From the NCBI GenBank assembly GCA_043804635.1, contig JAZDIU010000085.1:3120-67119 (forward strand): DNA of 64,000 nt, given 5' to 3'. The stretch comes from Chloroflexota bacterium. GTDB lineage: Bacteria; Chloroflexota; Dehalococcoidia; Dehalococcoidales; UBA2162. A program made the position numbers and the translations under genes. This document shows positions 44,908-55,830 of the stretch, in pieces; position 1 is the stretch's first letter; each line of letters starts with the position of its first letter. The notes under the pieces are model-generated. The model made no database searches. It worked only from the letters and a program-made list of their open reading frames with translations, and was not told where the DNA came from.

Positions 44908-46857
44908 TCACATCAATGATGCGGTGCTGAAGGCACTCCGCATTGCCTTTTGCACATTGCCCGCAACATTGCAGTCGCCAATGATAAAGAATCTATCGGC
45001 GGCGCCGGTAAATTTTAGTGCCAGGTCATTCTTGGGTTTCATACCCGCAGCGATAACCACACTGCCAGCCTCGATAGTTTGTTCTTTTCCATCGGCGTCG
45101 ATATAAGTGACCGCCTTTGCAGTGATACTTTTACAGCGCGCTTTCACAATACACTTAAGGTTTGGCTGTTTCTCCCAGGCAGCCTTGAACATGCTATAGA
45201 AATGGGTCCGTGGAGCAGTTGGAGCGAGTGTATCCTGCATTTCCAGCAAAGTGACTTTGTGTCCCTTCTCTGCCAGGTGCATCCCGGTCTCTACTCCCAC
45301 CTCCCCACCACCGATTACCACTACCTTCTCTGTTAGGGTATCCTCATTTCCGTAAACATCCTGGGCAAACACGACATTTTTACCTTTCACTCCGGGAATT
45401 GGAGGAACAATCGGCTCAGCACCCACAGCAGCAATAAGCGCATCATATTCCTCTTTTTTGAGTATCTCCGGAGTTGCCTCTGTGTTCAGAAGTACCTTAA
45501 CATTTGCTTTCTCAATCTGGCGGATAAGATAGTTCTTAAAATCTCTCTGCGGCCATTTGAAGCTGACATCTTCAGTCGTCTTAAGCAGCCCGCCCAGGGC
45601 ATCGCTTTTTTCATACAGGGTCACTCGGTGTCCTCTACCCGCTGCTATCAGGGCGGCTTCTATACCAGCTGGTCCGCCACCGACAATTGCCACATGCTTC
45701 TTATCAGTAGGCGGCTCAGTCATTCTTTCAAGCTTATGTTCCAATCCCCAGATAGGATTTACGGCGCAGACACCGGTGAAGCAGAGGTTACACCTGAGGC
45801 ATGGTACCACATCCTCACCTCTGCCCTCGTATGCCAGACGGCCGTATTCCGGATTGCATATAAAACCTCTAGCCATGGCAATGAAATCCGCCTTACCGGA
45901 TGAAATAATGTCATCGGAAACATCCAGGTCCAGATATCCGCCGACGGTTACAATCTTGATGCTGGTGCCGCTCTTCTTAATGGCTTCTGCCATAGCTAGA
46001 AACGGCCTGCGTTCGAGATTAAAGCCCGTCGGGTGGGCTGGGTCCATCATACTCGTCCGTATCTGAAGCATGTCCACATGGCCTTCGAACATCTTAGCCA
46101 GTTTTATAGTGTCCTCCAGAGTTAACCCACCTGGTGGTTCGTAGCCGCTGATACTGGCTTCGAGTAGAAAGTCTTTACCGCATTTTTGCTTGATTCGGTC
46201 GGCAACCATCAGCGGAAAACGAGCCTGATTTTCCAGACTTCCACCATACTGGTCGGTCCTCTTGTTGGTGAGAGGTGATAGCATTCTTCCCAATATCGTT
46301 AATCGGTAAGCCATGTGCAAATATAACATGTCGAACCCAACCTGTTTCATAATGACGGCCTGGTGCACGAAATCTTCGGCGACTTCTTCCAGTAAGTCCG
46401 CGGGAATTTCCTCGCCTGTCCTGAGGGTAGCAACTGGAGAAATATATGTTGATGGGATTCCAGTGCTAACATCGTATTTAAGTGGTACGTAACCACCGAT
46501 TTGCATTGACGCCTTAGCACTATAAAAATGAATGGCTTCGGCTAACTGCGTCAGGTAACGCTGGCAATTCAGGTCATCTATATCATAGGCATTCGGGATA
46601 CGCGTGACCATATGCTCCGCGGAATACAGTCCCAATGCTCTATCGGGTATGACGTGCGGCAGGCCTACGCCGCTACAAGTAACTATGGCGGCGCCATTTC
46701 GGGCTTTATTGGCGTAATGAGTTATCAGTGCTTCAGTGGGATATGATTCGGTGCCCTGAACAGAGTTGGGAGAGCTCCGCGACGCAATCAGCCGGTTCTT
46801 AAAAACGATATTACCTACTTTAATCGGTGACAACAAATTTTGATATTTTCTTGACAT
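44908..46857 (-). CDS. NADH:flavin oxidoreductase (OYE TIM barrel plus FAD domain; FadH/BaiCD-like)
   Basis: SPIKVG...KNR, SPLTNKRTDQYGGSLEN, CLRCNLC...C.VNP, VGGGPAG, IGGGEVGVE. Confidence 0.92.
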   Translation of the reverse strand: MSRKYQNLLSPIKVGNIVFKNRLIASRSSPNSVQGTESYPTEALITHYANKARNGAAIVTCSGVGLPHVIPDRALGLYSAEHMVTRIPNAYDIDDLNCQRYLTQLAEAIHFYSAKASMQIGGYVPLKYDVSTGIPSTYISPVATLRTGEEIPADLLEEVAEDFVHQAVIMKQVGFDMLYLHMAYRLTILGRMLSPLTNKRTDQYGGSLENQARFPLMVADRIKQKCGKDFLLEASISGYEPPGGLTLEDTIKLAKMFEGHVDMLQIRTSMMDPAHPTGFNLERRPFLAMAEAIKKSGTSIKIVTVGGYLDLDVSDDIISSGKADFIAMARGFICNPEYGRLAYEGRGEDVVPCLRCNLCFTGVCAVNPIWGLEHKLERMTEPPTDKKHVAIVGGGPAGIEAALIAAGRGHRVTLYEKSDALGGLLKTTEDVSFKWPQRDFKNYLIRQIEKANVKVLLNTEATPEILKKEEYDALIAAVGAEPIVPPIPGVKGKNVVFAQDVYGNEDTLTEKVVVIGGGEVGVETGMHLAEKGHKVTLLEMQDTLAPTAPRTHFYSMFKAAWEKQPNLKCIVKARCKSITAKAVTYIDADGKEQTIEAGSVVIAAGMKPKNDLALKFTGAADRFFIIGDCNVAGNVQKAMRSAFSTASLM

Positions 46858-47008
46858 TAGTGACTCCTCCCCATTTTATTTGCATTCAATCGCCATATAT
46901 TATAATTAGTTTACGGTCGAGTTTAAACTACAGGCTGAAGCAATTTAACTCTGCCGTATAAAAAGTCAGCTTCTCTCCTCACCCCGGGAGCGAAGGAATT
47001 CCTTTCTA

Positions 47009-47140
47009 TGTCCATTCCCGGCGGAAAACCGGAATCCAGTCCCCCCTCTGTCATTCTGGGGAAGGCCAGAATCTATACCTCACTTTTGTCATTCTGGAAG
47101 CGTCTGAATACTCCTGATACACGAAGACGCTGAAGAATCT
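47009..47140. repeat. Cluster of three GTCATTC...GAATC palindromic repeats
   Basis: CATTCCCGG...CCGGAATCCA; GTCATTCTGG...CCAGAATCT; GTCATTCTG...GAAGAATCT. Confidence 0.6.
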
Positions 47141-47191
47141 GGTGGGGTGGGGTTTTGTAATATTTGACATTTGTAGTATTGGTATTTATTT

Positions 47192-48445
47192 TTAGCTTCG
47201 GCGTAGCTCATCTCGAAATTTGGGATGGGCGGTGGATATTAGGGCGTCTCTTCTTTGAGTGAGCGTCTTGCCTCGAAGGTCGACGATGCCATATTCGGTG
47301 ACAATATAGTAGACGTCGAAGCGAGGGGTGCTGATGATGGTACCTTCCTTGAAGCTGCGGACAATTCGGGAGGTCTCTCCGTTTCTGGCTGTCGAGGTAA
47401 GGGCGATGATAGCTTTCCCGCCTTTAGATAATGCCGCACCGCGTGCGAAGTCGGCTTGCCCGCCGATGGCGCTTATCTGGATGTCGCCGATGGATTCGGC
47501 GTTTATTTGTCCGGTCAGGTCGACTTCTACGGCTGAGTTAATACAAACAAAGTTATCGAGTCGGGCTAATGTCATAAGAGCGTGAGTATAAGAATAGGGA
47601 TGTATTTCTATATCGGGATTTTCATTGATGAACTCGAAAAGCTTTTTTGTCCCCATCGCTCCGGCGGTGACGGTTTTGCCTTTGTTGAGGGTTTTTCGTT
47701 CGTTAGTGATTATTCCTTTCTCAATAGGCTCGATGATGGCGTCCGTTATCATCCCTGAATGGACTCCGAGGTCGTGTTTACCGTCGAGTGCCCGGACTAC
47801 GGCTTCGGGAATAGTACCGATTCCGAAAGAAAGTGTTGAACCATCATCGATTAACCGGTTTACATTCCTAGCCACTGCCATCTCTATTTCCCCGATTTGC
47901 GGAAACGGGTACTCCAGCAATGGTCGAGATGTCTTGACCAGATAATGAATCTGGTTTATGTGGAGTTGGTTCCGACCGTAAGTTCTCGGCATCCGGTCGT
48001 TGACCTCGGCAATGATTATTCTGGCACTGAGTGCCGCTTCATAAGAATAGCCGACAGATACGCCTAGACTGGAATAACCTTTTTCATCTGGAGGAGAGAC
48101 CTGTATCAAAGCAACGTCGATTGGCACCAGGCCGCTCTGGAACAGAGTGTGGGCTTCGGAAAGCTTTACCGGCAAGAAATCCGCCTTTCCCAGGCGTACC
48201 AATTCCCGTGTATCTGGGGTTATGTGGATGGAGATGATGCGAAAATAGTCGGAAAGCCAGGCGTATTTCGAGCCGACAATACGCCTGGCTTCGATAAGGC
48301 GTGTCCCTTTAAGGCGTTCTTTGTCTTCAACGAGGGCTTCTATCAGTGTTTGCGGCTCGCCACAGGCTTCACTGATTAGGGCAGTGCTTCCGGGCTTGAT
48401 AGCCTTGATGGCTTCCCGGGCGCTAACATCTTGCGTATTTGGCAT
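47192..48445 (-). CDS. Acetyl-CoA hydrolase/transferase (4-hydroxybutyrate CoA-transferase-like)
   Basis: DVALIQVSPPD, AEVNDRMP, GIGTIP, INSAVEVDLTGQ, GGQADF, VTEYG, AHPKFR. Confidence 0.92.
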   Translation of the reverse strand: MPNTQDVSAREAIKAIKPGSTALISEACGEPQTLIEALVEDKERLKGTRLIEARRIVGSKYAWLSDYFRIISIHITPDTRELVRLGKADFLPVKLSEAHTLFQSGLVPIDVALIQVSPPDEKGYSSLGVSVGYSYEAALSARIIIAEVNDRMPRTYGRNQLHINQIHYLVKTSRPLLEYPFPQIGEIEMAVARNVNRLIDDGSTLSFGIGTIPEAVVRALDGKHDLGVHSGMITDAIIEPIEKGIITNERKTLNKGKTVTAGAMGTKKLFEFINENPDIEIHPYSYTHALMTLARLDNFVCINSAVEVDLTGQINAESIGDIQISAIGGQADFARGAALSKGGKAIIALTSTARNGETSRIVRSFKEGTIISTPRFDVYYIVTEYGIVDLRGKTLTQRRDALISTAHPKFRDELRRS

Positions 48446-48539
48446 ATAGTAATCAATAGGCTATGTTAAATTTATAGTAGTTGAATGTCAAGAAAAATAG
48501 CCAGAAAGTTAAAGCAGTGATTCCCTAAAAATTCAGCTT

Positions 48540-48620
48540 TGTGCTTTACATAACGCACGAAACAACTAGAAGCTATTTGAAAGGGTTTCAGCTTCTAGTT
48601 GTTTCTCAGGAAAAAAATTT
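48540..48620 (+). repeat. Dispersed structured non-coding element, copy 2 of 3
   Basis: TGTGCTTTACATAACGCAC, then a perfect 16-bp stem GAAACAACTAGAAGCT/AGCTTCTAGTTGTTTC. Confidence 0.8.
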
Positions 48621-48686
48621 CCTGCCTGCTCTGTTGTATTTAGGTATGATATAATGACCGCAACTCGAACTAAGGAGAGATTAAAG

Positions 48687-49298
48687 ATGAAAATTAATCC
48701 GGCTAATCTGAGTCCAAGAGATTCGCATCATCTTATGGTTGGTGCTATTGTACCCCGGCCGATTGCCTGGGTATCTACCATAGACGAGCATGGCATCTAT
48801 AACCTGGCTCCTTTCAGTGCTTTCTGTATCGTGAGTCTTAAACCGGCGGTGGTCGGCTTCTGCGTCGCCACGAAGAGAGACGGGCAGAAGAAAGATACTT
48901 TGAGAAATATCGAAGCGACTAAGGATTTTGTGATTAATGTAGTTACTCAGAACTTAGCTGAAGTAATGAATGTAACATCGACGCCTTTTCCCCACGACGT
49001 GAGCGAATTCACCGAAGCGGGATTAGCCCCGGTTAAAGCCGACCTCGTTAAAGCTCCGTTAGTCGCCGAATCTCCGATTAATATGGAATGCCGGATGAAG
49101 CAGATTTTGAGATTCGGGAAGGCATCTACCTCAGATAGCTTCATTATCGGCGATTTGCTTCTGGTTCATGTGAAGGATGAATTTTACGCCGATGGCGAGA
49201 TACAAATGTCCAAGCTGAAAGCAATTGGGCGGATGGGTGGGGATATCTACTGCCGCGCTCAAGATATGTTTGAAATGAAGAGGCCGGTAGCGGAATAG
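48687..49298 (+). CDS. Flavin reductase family protein
   Basis: IVPRPIAWVST, NLAPFS, KDTLRNI, ESPINMEC, GRMGG. Confidence 0.92.
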   Translation: MKINPANLSPRDSHHLMVGAIVPRPIAWVSTIDEHGIYNLAPFSAFCIVSLKPAVVGFCVATKRDGQKKDTLRNIEATKDFVINVVTQNLAEVMNVTSTPFPHDVSEFTEAGLAPVKADLVKAPLVAESPINMECRMKQILRFGKASTSDSFIIGDLLLVHVKDEFYADGEIQMSKLKAIGRMGGDIYCRAQDMFEMKRPVAE

Positions 49299-49302
49299 CC
49301 GA

Positions 49303-49398
49303 TAAATCCGAAGCAAATTCAAATATCAAAAACGTTTTGGTCATTATGGTTTTGAATTTCAGTATTGTTTCGTGCTTCGATATTCGAATTTCGAATTT
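49303..49398. repeat. Inverted degenerate heptamer tracts between convergent genes
   Basis: AAATCCGAAGCAAATTCAAA...TTTCGTGCTTCGATATTCGAATTTCGAATTT. Confidence 0.6.
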
Positions 49399-50680
49399 AC
49401 TTATTAAGCGGGTTTAGCTTCCACAGGTCGGGGACGAAGGCAGTTATTATCACAGCCAGCAGGAAGCAGGAAAGTCCCATTGCGGTGACTGCCCAGGGTC
49501 CTCCCATGAAAGAAGCCGGCGCACCGGCAAGCAGGCTGCCGACGGGCATCAGTCCTCTATTAAGCAGGTAGACACCGAGCACTCTGCCGCGAAGCTGTGG
49601 CGGAACGAGTGTCTGGATGATTGTCTGGCTTTGAGATGTGTAACTGCTATTGAAAAATCCAGCCAGTAACGTAAATCCCACAGCCATCAGTAAGACCGGC
49701 GATTGCGCAAAAAGTGCCAGGCTGATTCCGAAGCCGGCCGCCCCGATTACCAAAAGTTTGCCGTTGCCCTGTCCGCGGCGCAGAGAGGCTATTATCAAAG
49801 CTCCCAACACCGCTCCGATGCCGACCATCGTCAATAGCATACCCTGAGTCCGGGCGTCGCCGTGGAAAACATCGATAGCAAAGACAGGCATAAGGCTGAT
49901 GAAGGGCATACCGAGTGCTATGGGGGCTAATCCCAATACTATCAATGCCAGGATAATCCGGTGAGAGGCGATATAATCGAAGCCCTCCTTTATACTGCCG
50001 AAAAAGGACTGGCTTATACCGGAATAACCGAACGACTCGGTCGCCTTCGGGACTCCCATCTGGAAGGTCCATAATGTCGCTAGGACATATAAGCCGGCCT
50101 GTGTATAATACGAAAAGTCCACGCCGACGGCATGAATCAGTAGACCGCCGATAGCCGGTCCCACGCTGCGGCTCAGATTCAACGCAGCGGAGTTAAGCGC
50201 TACCGCGTTCAGTAGATGCTTTTCTCCAACCAGGTCGCTGATGAGGACCTGACGGGCAGGCTGCTGGAAGGCTTGCACCGTTCCGGAAAGAAAGCCGGTT
50301 ACATAGATATGCCAGAGCTGCACCTTACCGGTCATAATCAGGGCAGCAAGGACTATATTGAGCAAGGCGTTGATTACCTGGGCGATGACCAGTTGGGCTT
50401 TTCGACTGTAACGGTCGGCGAAGACGCCGGCTACTGTCCCGAAAAGTAATAATGGTAAACCCCGGGCGGCACTCACCAGACCCAGTTGCAGGGGAGAATG
50501 GGTAATATCATAAACGAGCCAGGCACGCGCCACCTGGTCCATCCATTGTCCCATTGAGGTGGATAACTGCCCCAGCCAGAGGTAGCGGTAATCCCTGAGC
50601 GCCAGAGATTCGAAGGTGCGGATATTCCGGAGAAGTCCCATATAATTAGGTATTATAGGCTTCAGCCAGGATATGTTCAA
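49397..50680 (-). CDS. MFS transporter (DHA3/macrolide-efflux-like)
   Basis: RDYRYLWLGQ, GVFADRYSRK, QQPARQ, NLSRSVGPAIGG, LRGRV. Confidence 0.9.
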   Translation of the reverse strand: MNISWLKPIIPNYMGLLRNIRTFESLALRDYRYLWLGQLSTSMGQWMDQVARAWLVYDITHSPLQLGLVSAARGLPLLLFGTVAGVFADRYSRKAQLVIAQVINALLNIVLAALIMTGKVQLWHIYVTGFLSGTVQAFQQPARQVLISDLVGEKHLLNAVALNSAALNLSRSVGPAIGGLLIHAVGVDFSYYTQAGLYVLATLWTFQMGVPKATESFGYSGISQSFFGSIKEGFDYIASHRIILALIVLGLAPIALGMPFISLMPVFAIDVFHGDARTQGMLLTMVGIGAVLGALIIASLRRGQGNGKLLVIGAAGFGISLALFAQSPVLLMAVGFTLLAGFFNSSYTSQSQTIIQTLVPPQLRGRVLGVYLLNRGLMPVGSLLAGAPASFMGGPWAVTAMGLSCFLLAVIITAFVPDLWKLNPLNK

Positions 50681-50732
50681 AGCGGGAGGATGCTAATCAT
50701 CCAAAATGTCAGCAGTTGTCCAAGGAACCTAT

Positions 50733-50880
50733 CACCCTGCCCTCTTCCCTCGATAGGGAAGAGGGTGATTTTTTTAAGAGGTTTAGGCTCGCACCGCTAG
50801 CCCAAACCTCTAGATGTAACCCCACCCTAAGAACAGATGAAGCTGCTTTCCTTCCTTCGACTTGCTCAGGATAAACACGC
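50733..50880. repeat. Cluster of REP-like palindromes
   Basis: CCCTCTTCCCT-CGAT-AGGGAAGAGGG; GAGGTTTAGGCT...AGCCCAAACCTC; CCTTCGACTTGCTCAGG. Confidence 0.55.
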
Positions 50881-50981
50881 CAGCATGCCGAGAAGTATCA
50901 AGACGGAGTTTTTAGTACAAATTTAGATGTTAGAAACAAACAGGATGAGAAGGCGAATAAGCTAAGTGAGTTCGTTTAATT

Positions 50982-51956
50982 CTAGCCTGGTGACAATCCA
51001 AGCAATTTACCCAGCTCTTTGGGAGAATATCTACCTGGTTTTTCCCGCTTTGCCGCCATTTCCTGAGAAACTCGGATGAGTCCTTCGTTAACCGGAGCCT
51101 GTTTACCCAACTTCTCGGCTAACCGCACTACTTCACCATTGAGGAACTCGGTTTCAACGGTGCCCTGCTGGCGTGCCAGGCTTTGCCAGGTAGAACTTTT
51201 CTCGGCGGTGTCCATCGAAGCGCGTGCCGGTGCATTTATCTCAGGCCAGTCTTTGGCTATTTGTTCCGACGTTTTCCAGCTAATACCTGCTTGAGTAAGA
51301 AGGTCGGCTAATTCCTGTCTTACCGCATTGGTAATGAACCTGATATCTTCTCCCCTGGAGTCGGTGATGGCATCGACGGCATTGGCGAGGTTGGTCATTA
51401 GTTTGCCCCATTTATAAGGCATAACATCCGGAGTGACCAGCACCGAGAATTCACTCTTGCTCAATGTGTTAGCTACATTTTCAATCAACTCATCGGTTCC
51501 CTTTGGATAGCGTCCCATAACCAGCCAGCCCGGAGGGTCGCGGCGGACCATTACTTCGCCATCGTTGAGATACACCGCCCCCATTCTAATCATCACGCCA
51601 TACACTTTTGAGAAGTATTTAGCTACCATTTCCTCGTTGCGGACTCCGTTCTGGAAGCAAAAGACGGGGACGTCTTTGATTACCGCTTTGAGAGAGGGTA
51701 AGGCTTCTTCCGTATTTTGTCCTTTGACGCAGAGAAAGACAACATCATCAGACTCGAATTTAACCTGGTTACAGTCCGTGACGGCGGGTAATTTTATAAT
51801 ATGAGTCCCGGTGGGCGTGGTGAGTTTCAACCCATTTTTGTTAATGGCGTTTACGTGACCGGGTCGTCCGATTAGAATTACATCATTTCCGGCACGCGCC
51901 AGAAAGCCTCCGACCACACTGCCGATAGCTCCGGCACCGAGAATAACTATCTTCAT
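50982..51956 (-). CDS. Ketopantoate reductase family protein
   Basis: MKIVILGAGAIG, LCVK, FQNG, KWGKL..N, SSTWQSL, ETEFLNGEVV. Confidence 0.88.
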   Translation of the reverse strand: MKIVILGAGAIGSVVGGFLARAGNDVILIGRPGHVNAINKNGLKLTTPTGTHIIKLPAVTDCNQVKFESDDVVFLCVKGQNTEEALPSLKAVIKDVPVFCFQNGVRNEEMVAKYFSKVYGVMIRMGAVYLNDGEVMVRRDPPGWLVMGRYPKGTDELIENVANTLSKSEFSVLVTPDVMPYKWGKLMTNLANAVDAITDSRGEDIRFITNAVRQELADLLTQAGISWKTSEQIAKDWPEINAPARASMDTAEKSSTWQSLARQQGTVETEFLNGEVVRLAEKLGKQAPVNEGLIRVSQEMAAKREKPGRYSPKELGKLLGLSPG

Positions 51957-51983
51957 AGTCGTAACTCCTTGAGGTCTCATCAA

Positions 51984-52052
51984 CCTCACCCCTTAATCCC
52001 CTCTCCATTCTTGGAGAGGGGAAATTTAGAAGAGGGGTTGGTACCACTCTTG
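51984..52052. repeat. REP-like element CCTCACCCC...CCCCTCTCC-N-GGAGAGGGG
   Basis: Direct reading; same family as 1024. Confidence 0.65.
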
Positions 52053-52072
52053 GACACCCGCTTTTACAGTAG

Positions 52073-53260
52073 CTAGTCGCTGGCGAGGGATTCCAGAGCG
52101 GCGGCTTCACCGGCGCCACGTTCCGGTTTGAACCCTTCGTCGACTAAAAGTTTCTCCAGAGTATTAAGGATAAGCAGAATGTTTTCCTTGGTCGAAGAGT
52201 GTCCCATCATACCGATACGCCAGATTTTACCTTTTAGATTTCCTAGACCACCACCGATTTCGATGTTGTATTCTTTTAGTAGTCTCTGGGCAACCCGCGC
52301 GGCATCGACACCAGTCGGGACGCCTACTGTAGTAAGCGAGCAAGCGCGGTGGCCTTCTTGGGCGAATAACTTCAGCCCCATCGCCTCAAGGCCGCTATGA
52401 AATGCGGCGCCGTGGCTGAGGTGGCGTCTGTTCCGTGCCTCAAGACCTTCGTCGGCAATTAACGTCAGAGCTTCGTGAAGTGCGTAGACCATAGGGATGG
52501 GTGCGGTATGATGATATACCCGGCCGATATCCCAATATGCCGAGAGTAAAGACAGGTCTAAATACCAGCTATGGACTTTTTCCTTGCGTGCTTTCAAAGC
52601 AGCCATTGCTTTCTCGTTGGCCGTGAAAGGCGATAACCCCGGGGGACAGCTTATACATTTCTGCGTGCCGCTATAGCTAATATCGATTCCCCAGTCGTCT
52701 ATGGCAACCTCGTGGCCGCCCAGAGAGGTGACGGTATCGACGAGAAAGAGGGCATCATATTTTTTTGCCAGCTTTGAAATTTCTGCCAGGGGCTGGATAA
52801 CGCCGGTAGAGGTCTCGACGTGGACCAGTGCCAGGAGTTTTACTTTATTTTCACTCTTCAGAGCCGCCTCCAGCGCTTCCGGTTCGACGATTTTGCCCCA
52901 TTCGGCGGTTACCGGAATAACTTTAGCTCCGGTCCTCCGGGCATTTTCTACCATCCTATCACCGAATACACCGTTAACTCCGATGATGGCGACATCGCCG
53001 GGTTCCAGGAAATTATCGAAAGCGGCTTCCATACCGGCGGAACCGGTACCCGAGACGGGGAAGGTGAGTTTATTCTTTGTTCTAAAGGTGTAGCGGAGCA
53101 GGGACATCGTATCGTCCATAATCACCTGGAAGTAGGGGTCTAGATGCCCGACTAACGGTGCTGACAACGCCGCCTGAACGCGGGGATGAATATTACTCGG
53201 GCCGGGACCGAGCAGTACCCGGCACGGTGGATTCAGTTTTTGATAGGAAACAGATGGCAT
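52073..53260 (-). CDS. Alanine-glyoxylate / serine-pyruvate aminotransferase (class V PLP)
   Basis: LLGPGPSN, GTGSAGME, HVETSTGV, SGTQKC, YHHTAP, WRIGMMG. Confidence 0.94.
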   Translation of the reverse strand: MPSVSYQKLNPPCRVLLGPGPSNIHPRVQAALSAPLVGHLDPYFQVIMDDTMSLLRYTFRTKNKLTFPVSGTGSAGMEAAFDNFLEPGDVAIIGVNGVFGDRMVENARRTGAKVIPVTAEWGKIVEPEALEAALKSENKVKLLALVHVETSTGVIQPLAEISKLAKKYDALFLVDTVTSLGGHEVAIDDWGIDISYSGTQKCISCPPGLSPFTANEKAMAALKARKEKVHSWYLDLSLLSAYWDIGRVYHHTAPIPMVYALHEALTLIADEGLEARNRRHLSHGAAFHSGLEAMGLKLFAQEGHRACSLTTVGVPTGVDAARVAQRLLKEYNIEIGGGLGNLKGKIWRIGMMGHSSTKENILLILNTLEKLLVDEGFKPERGAGEAAALESLASD

Positions 53261-53288
53261 TTAGTCCTCCTTAAATACTTTTTACTTT

Positions 53289-54992
53289 TTAAGTCCGCGT
53301 AACGCCCGTGGGAAGATAGGCGTTTTGCAGATATTGAGTTACCATTCGCTGGGTATTGAAATAGGAACCGTTAAGAGCAATCGCCGAACGCATAATGCTC
53401 ATAAATTGGGCTTGTTTGTCATAGTACATCGGGACAATTACCTGTTCGAGTTTATCGTATATGGAAGCGGCTTCTTTTTCGGCGTTAGGTTGGGATTGCC
53501 AGCCATCGCCGATAGCCCATCCGGTTACGCCTTCGATGTGACCTTCTATCCACCATCCATCCAGAATGCTGAAGGTAGGTACGCCGTTGAGGGCGGCTTT
53601 CATACCGCTCGTTCCCGAGGCTTCCTGCGGTTTCTGGGGAGTATTCAGCCATAAATCAACCCCGGAGCACACATATTTTGCTAGCGCCACGTCGTATTCT
53701 TCTAGGTAGACTACCGGTACAATATTTTTGAGAGCATTGGCGGCATCGAAGACCCGCCTGATAAGTGCCTTGCCGCTTTCGTCCCTGGGGTGAGCTTTGC
53801 CGGCGTAGATAATCTGAAGCTTCCTGCCTCCCTGCACCATTCGCTTTAACCGCTCTAAATCGTGGAAGATGAGGTCGTGCCGCTTGTAGGCGGCAGCACG
53901 CCGGGCAAATCCGATGGTCATTACCTGCGGGTCGAGGTGGGTGCCGGTCCGGCGCTCCACTTCGGCGAGCAGCTCCAGCTTAGCTTTGGTATGTGCCTGC
54001 CAGATTTCCTCCGTGGGTATGCGGATAGCGTATTTCAGATAAAGATTATCGCGGCGCCACTGCGGGATGAAGCGGTCGTATAGCTCGCGAAAAGCCGGCG
54101 ATGTCCAGGTGACAGCGTGCACGCCGTTAGTGATAGCGTTGATGTGGTGATTGGTATAGATATTGCGGGCGATTTCTTCATGGCGCATCGAAACGCCGTT
54201 GACGTATCGCGAAAAATTCAGTGCCAGGGTGGTCATATTCAAGGCGCCGTTGTAACAGCATTGATATTTATTCAGGAAATCAGCCCGTTCGCTGCCGAGG
54301 ACTTCCCGGACTAAATCGATGGGGAACTCGTCGTGCCCGACGGGTAGGGGAGTGTGTGTGGTGAACACGCAATGACGGATGACGGCCTCTCTATCGATAG
54401 GCTCCATAGCGGGCAGGCCGCGTCCCCACGTCTGCTCTTCCATCAGTGCCAGCGGGACTAGGGCAGAGTGCCCTTCGTTCATATGGTAGGCTTGAATCTT
54501 AAGGTAGCCGAGCGCCCGCAGCATTGCGATTCCGCCGAAACCGAGAACGGTTTCCTGACCCAGACGGTAGCGGGCATCGCCGCCGTAAAGGTGGTCGGTC
54601 AGGCTTTGGTCCCAGGGCGTATTTTCGGGCAGGCAGGTATCCAGGAAGTAGATGGGAACGGTGTGGCCGAATTCACTGCGCACGAGATAGCGCCAGGCTT
54701 GCACCTGCACCGGACGACCGGCTATGGACACACGGACTCTCAGCGGAAGCTTTTCCAGGAATGTCTCTGGTGTCCAGCAAGCATCTGATTCGGATTGGTT
54801 GCCGCAGGCATCGAGGTGCTGGTGGAAGTATCCCTTGCGGTGAAGAAGAGTAACACCCACGGCAGGTAAGCCCAGGTCGGCCGCCGCCCGAATGGCATCT
54901 CCCGCTAATATCCCCAGTCCACCGGTGTAGGTCGGTATGGCCGCATCGATACCGAACTCCATCGAGAAATAAGCGACAGTCAGTTCATCCAT
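53289..54992 (-). CDS. glgP: Alpha-glucan phosphorylase
   Basis: AYFSMEFG, GGLGILAGD, HMNEGH, FARRAAAYKR, EASGTSGMKA. Confidence 0.95.
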   Translation of the reverse strand: MDELTVAYFSMEFGIDAAIPTYTGGLGILAGDAIRAAADLGLPAVGVTLLHRKGYFHQHLDACGNQSESDACWTPETFLEKLPLRVRVSIAGRPVQVQAWRYLVRSEFGHTVPIYFLDTCLPENTPWDQSLTDHLYGGDARYRLGQETVLGFGGIAMLRALGYLKIQAYHMNEGHSALVPLALMEEQTWGRGLPAMEPIDREAVIRHCVFTTHTPLPVGHDEFPIDLVREVLGSERADFLNKYQCCYNGALNMTTLALNFSRYVNGVSMRHEEIARNIYTNHHINAITNGVHAVTWTSPAFRELYDRFIPQWRRDNLYLKYAIRIPTEEIWQAHTKAKLELLAEVERRTGTHLDPQVMTIGFARRAAAYKRHDLIFHDLERLKRMVQGGRKLQIIYAGKAHPRDESGKALIRRVFDAANALKNIVPVVYLEEYDVALAKYVCSGVDLWLNTPQKPQEASGTSGMKAALNGVPTFSILDGWWIEGHIEGVTGWAIGDGWQSQPNAEKEAASIYDKLEQVIVPMYYDKQAQFMSIMRSAIALNGSYFNTQRMVTQYLQNAYLPTGVTRT

Positions 54993-55093
54993 TAAGTAAT
55001 TGCTTAGATATTAACCTATTTAGTTGCGGTAATGCAAACGGCAGCGGATACATTCTGAGGAGTTCCGACTTGCAGTTAGCTACCACCTATCAG

Positions 55094-55830
55094 CCCTTCG
55101 ACAGGCTCAGGGTGAACGGTCATTTGATTTCCTACGTGACGAAACTGTGAAAATTGAAACAAAGCAGCGTAAAACGACATTGAACCGAGCGTATTCGTTT
55201 CCGGCTAGAAAACATTTACACTAAACAAATTGAGGCTAAAAAAGGTCTATTTAGCTTGATTTGTTTTTCTGCAATAAGACGGATTTAGCATTTTTAACGC
55301 GGATTTTCAAATCCTTTCCAATTTTTAAGGTACTCTTGAGGTCTCGCTATCCTTCAGTCTCCACCCCACCAGATTCTTCCCTTCGACAAGCTTCTTCGAC
55401 TATGCTCAGAACAAGTTAGGGCGAACGGAAGGACTCCTTCCAGAATGACATTAGAGTGATAATAGCACTAATGTTCTGAGTTTGTCAAGGAAGTTTTGTC
55501 GCCTGTTTGAAAAAGTTATCGGTTGACAGTTGAGCAGTTTTTAGATAAAAGGGGTAAAACGAGGCGAAAAAGCCTTAAACAAAACTAGAACGAAGGGAAA
55601 CAAAGGTAAAACGGATGGATTTTAATTATTGTCATTCCGTACTTAACACGGAATCCAGGTGGTGTGGGGGCTGGATTCCCGCTTACGCGGAAATGGCAAT
55701 CTCACGTTTCAGAACCCCACACCGCCAGATTCTTTCCTTCCCTTCGATAAACTCAGGGTAAACTAGCTCAGGACAGGCTGTCCCGATAGGAGACGAAGGA
55801 GTTATCGGGACTCCAGAATGACGAGGGGAG
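55094..55830. repeat. REP-rich intergenic region upstream of tRNA-Arg
   Basis: CCTTCGACAGGCTCAGGGTGAACGG (55094); AGATTCTTC...CAGAATGAC (55371-55450); GTCATTCCG...GGAATCCAG (55631); CCTTCGATAAACTCAGG (55741). Confidence 0.6.
55149..55275 (-). repeat. Dispersed structured non-coding element, copy 3 of 3 (inverted, diverged)
   Basis: Reverse complement reads AAAACAAATCAAGCTAAAT...TTAGCCTCAATTTGTTT...AAACGAATACGCTCGG...TACGCTGCTTTGTTTCAATTTTC, matching copy 1. Confidence 0.7.
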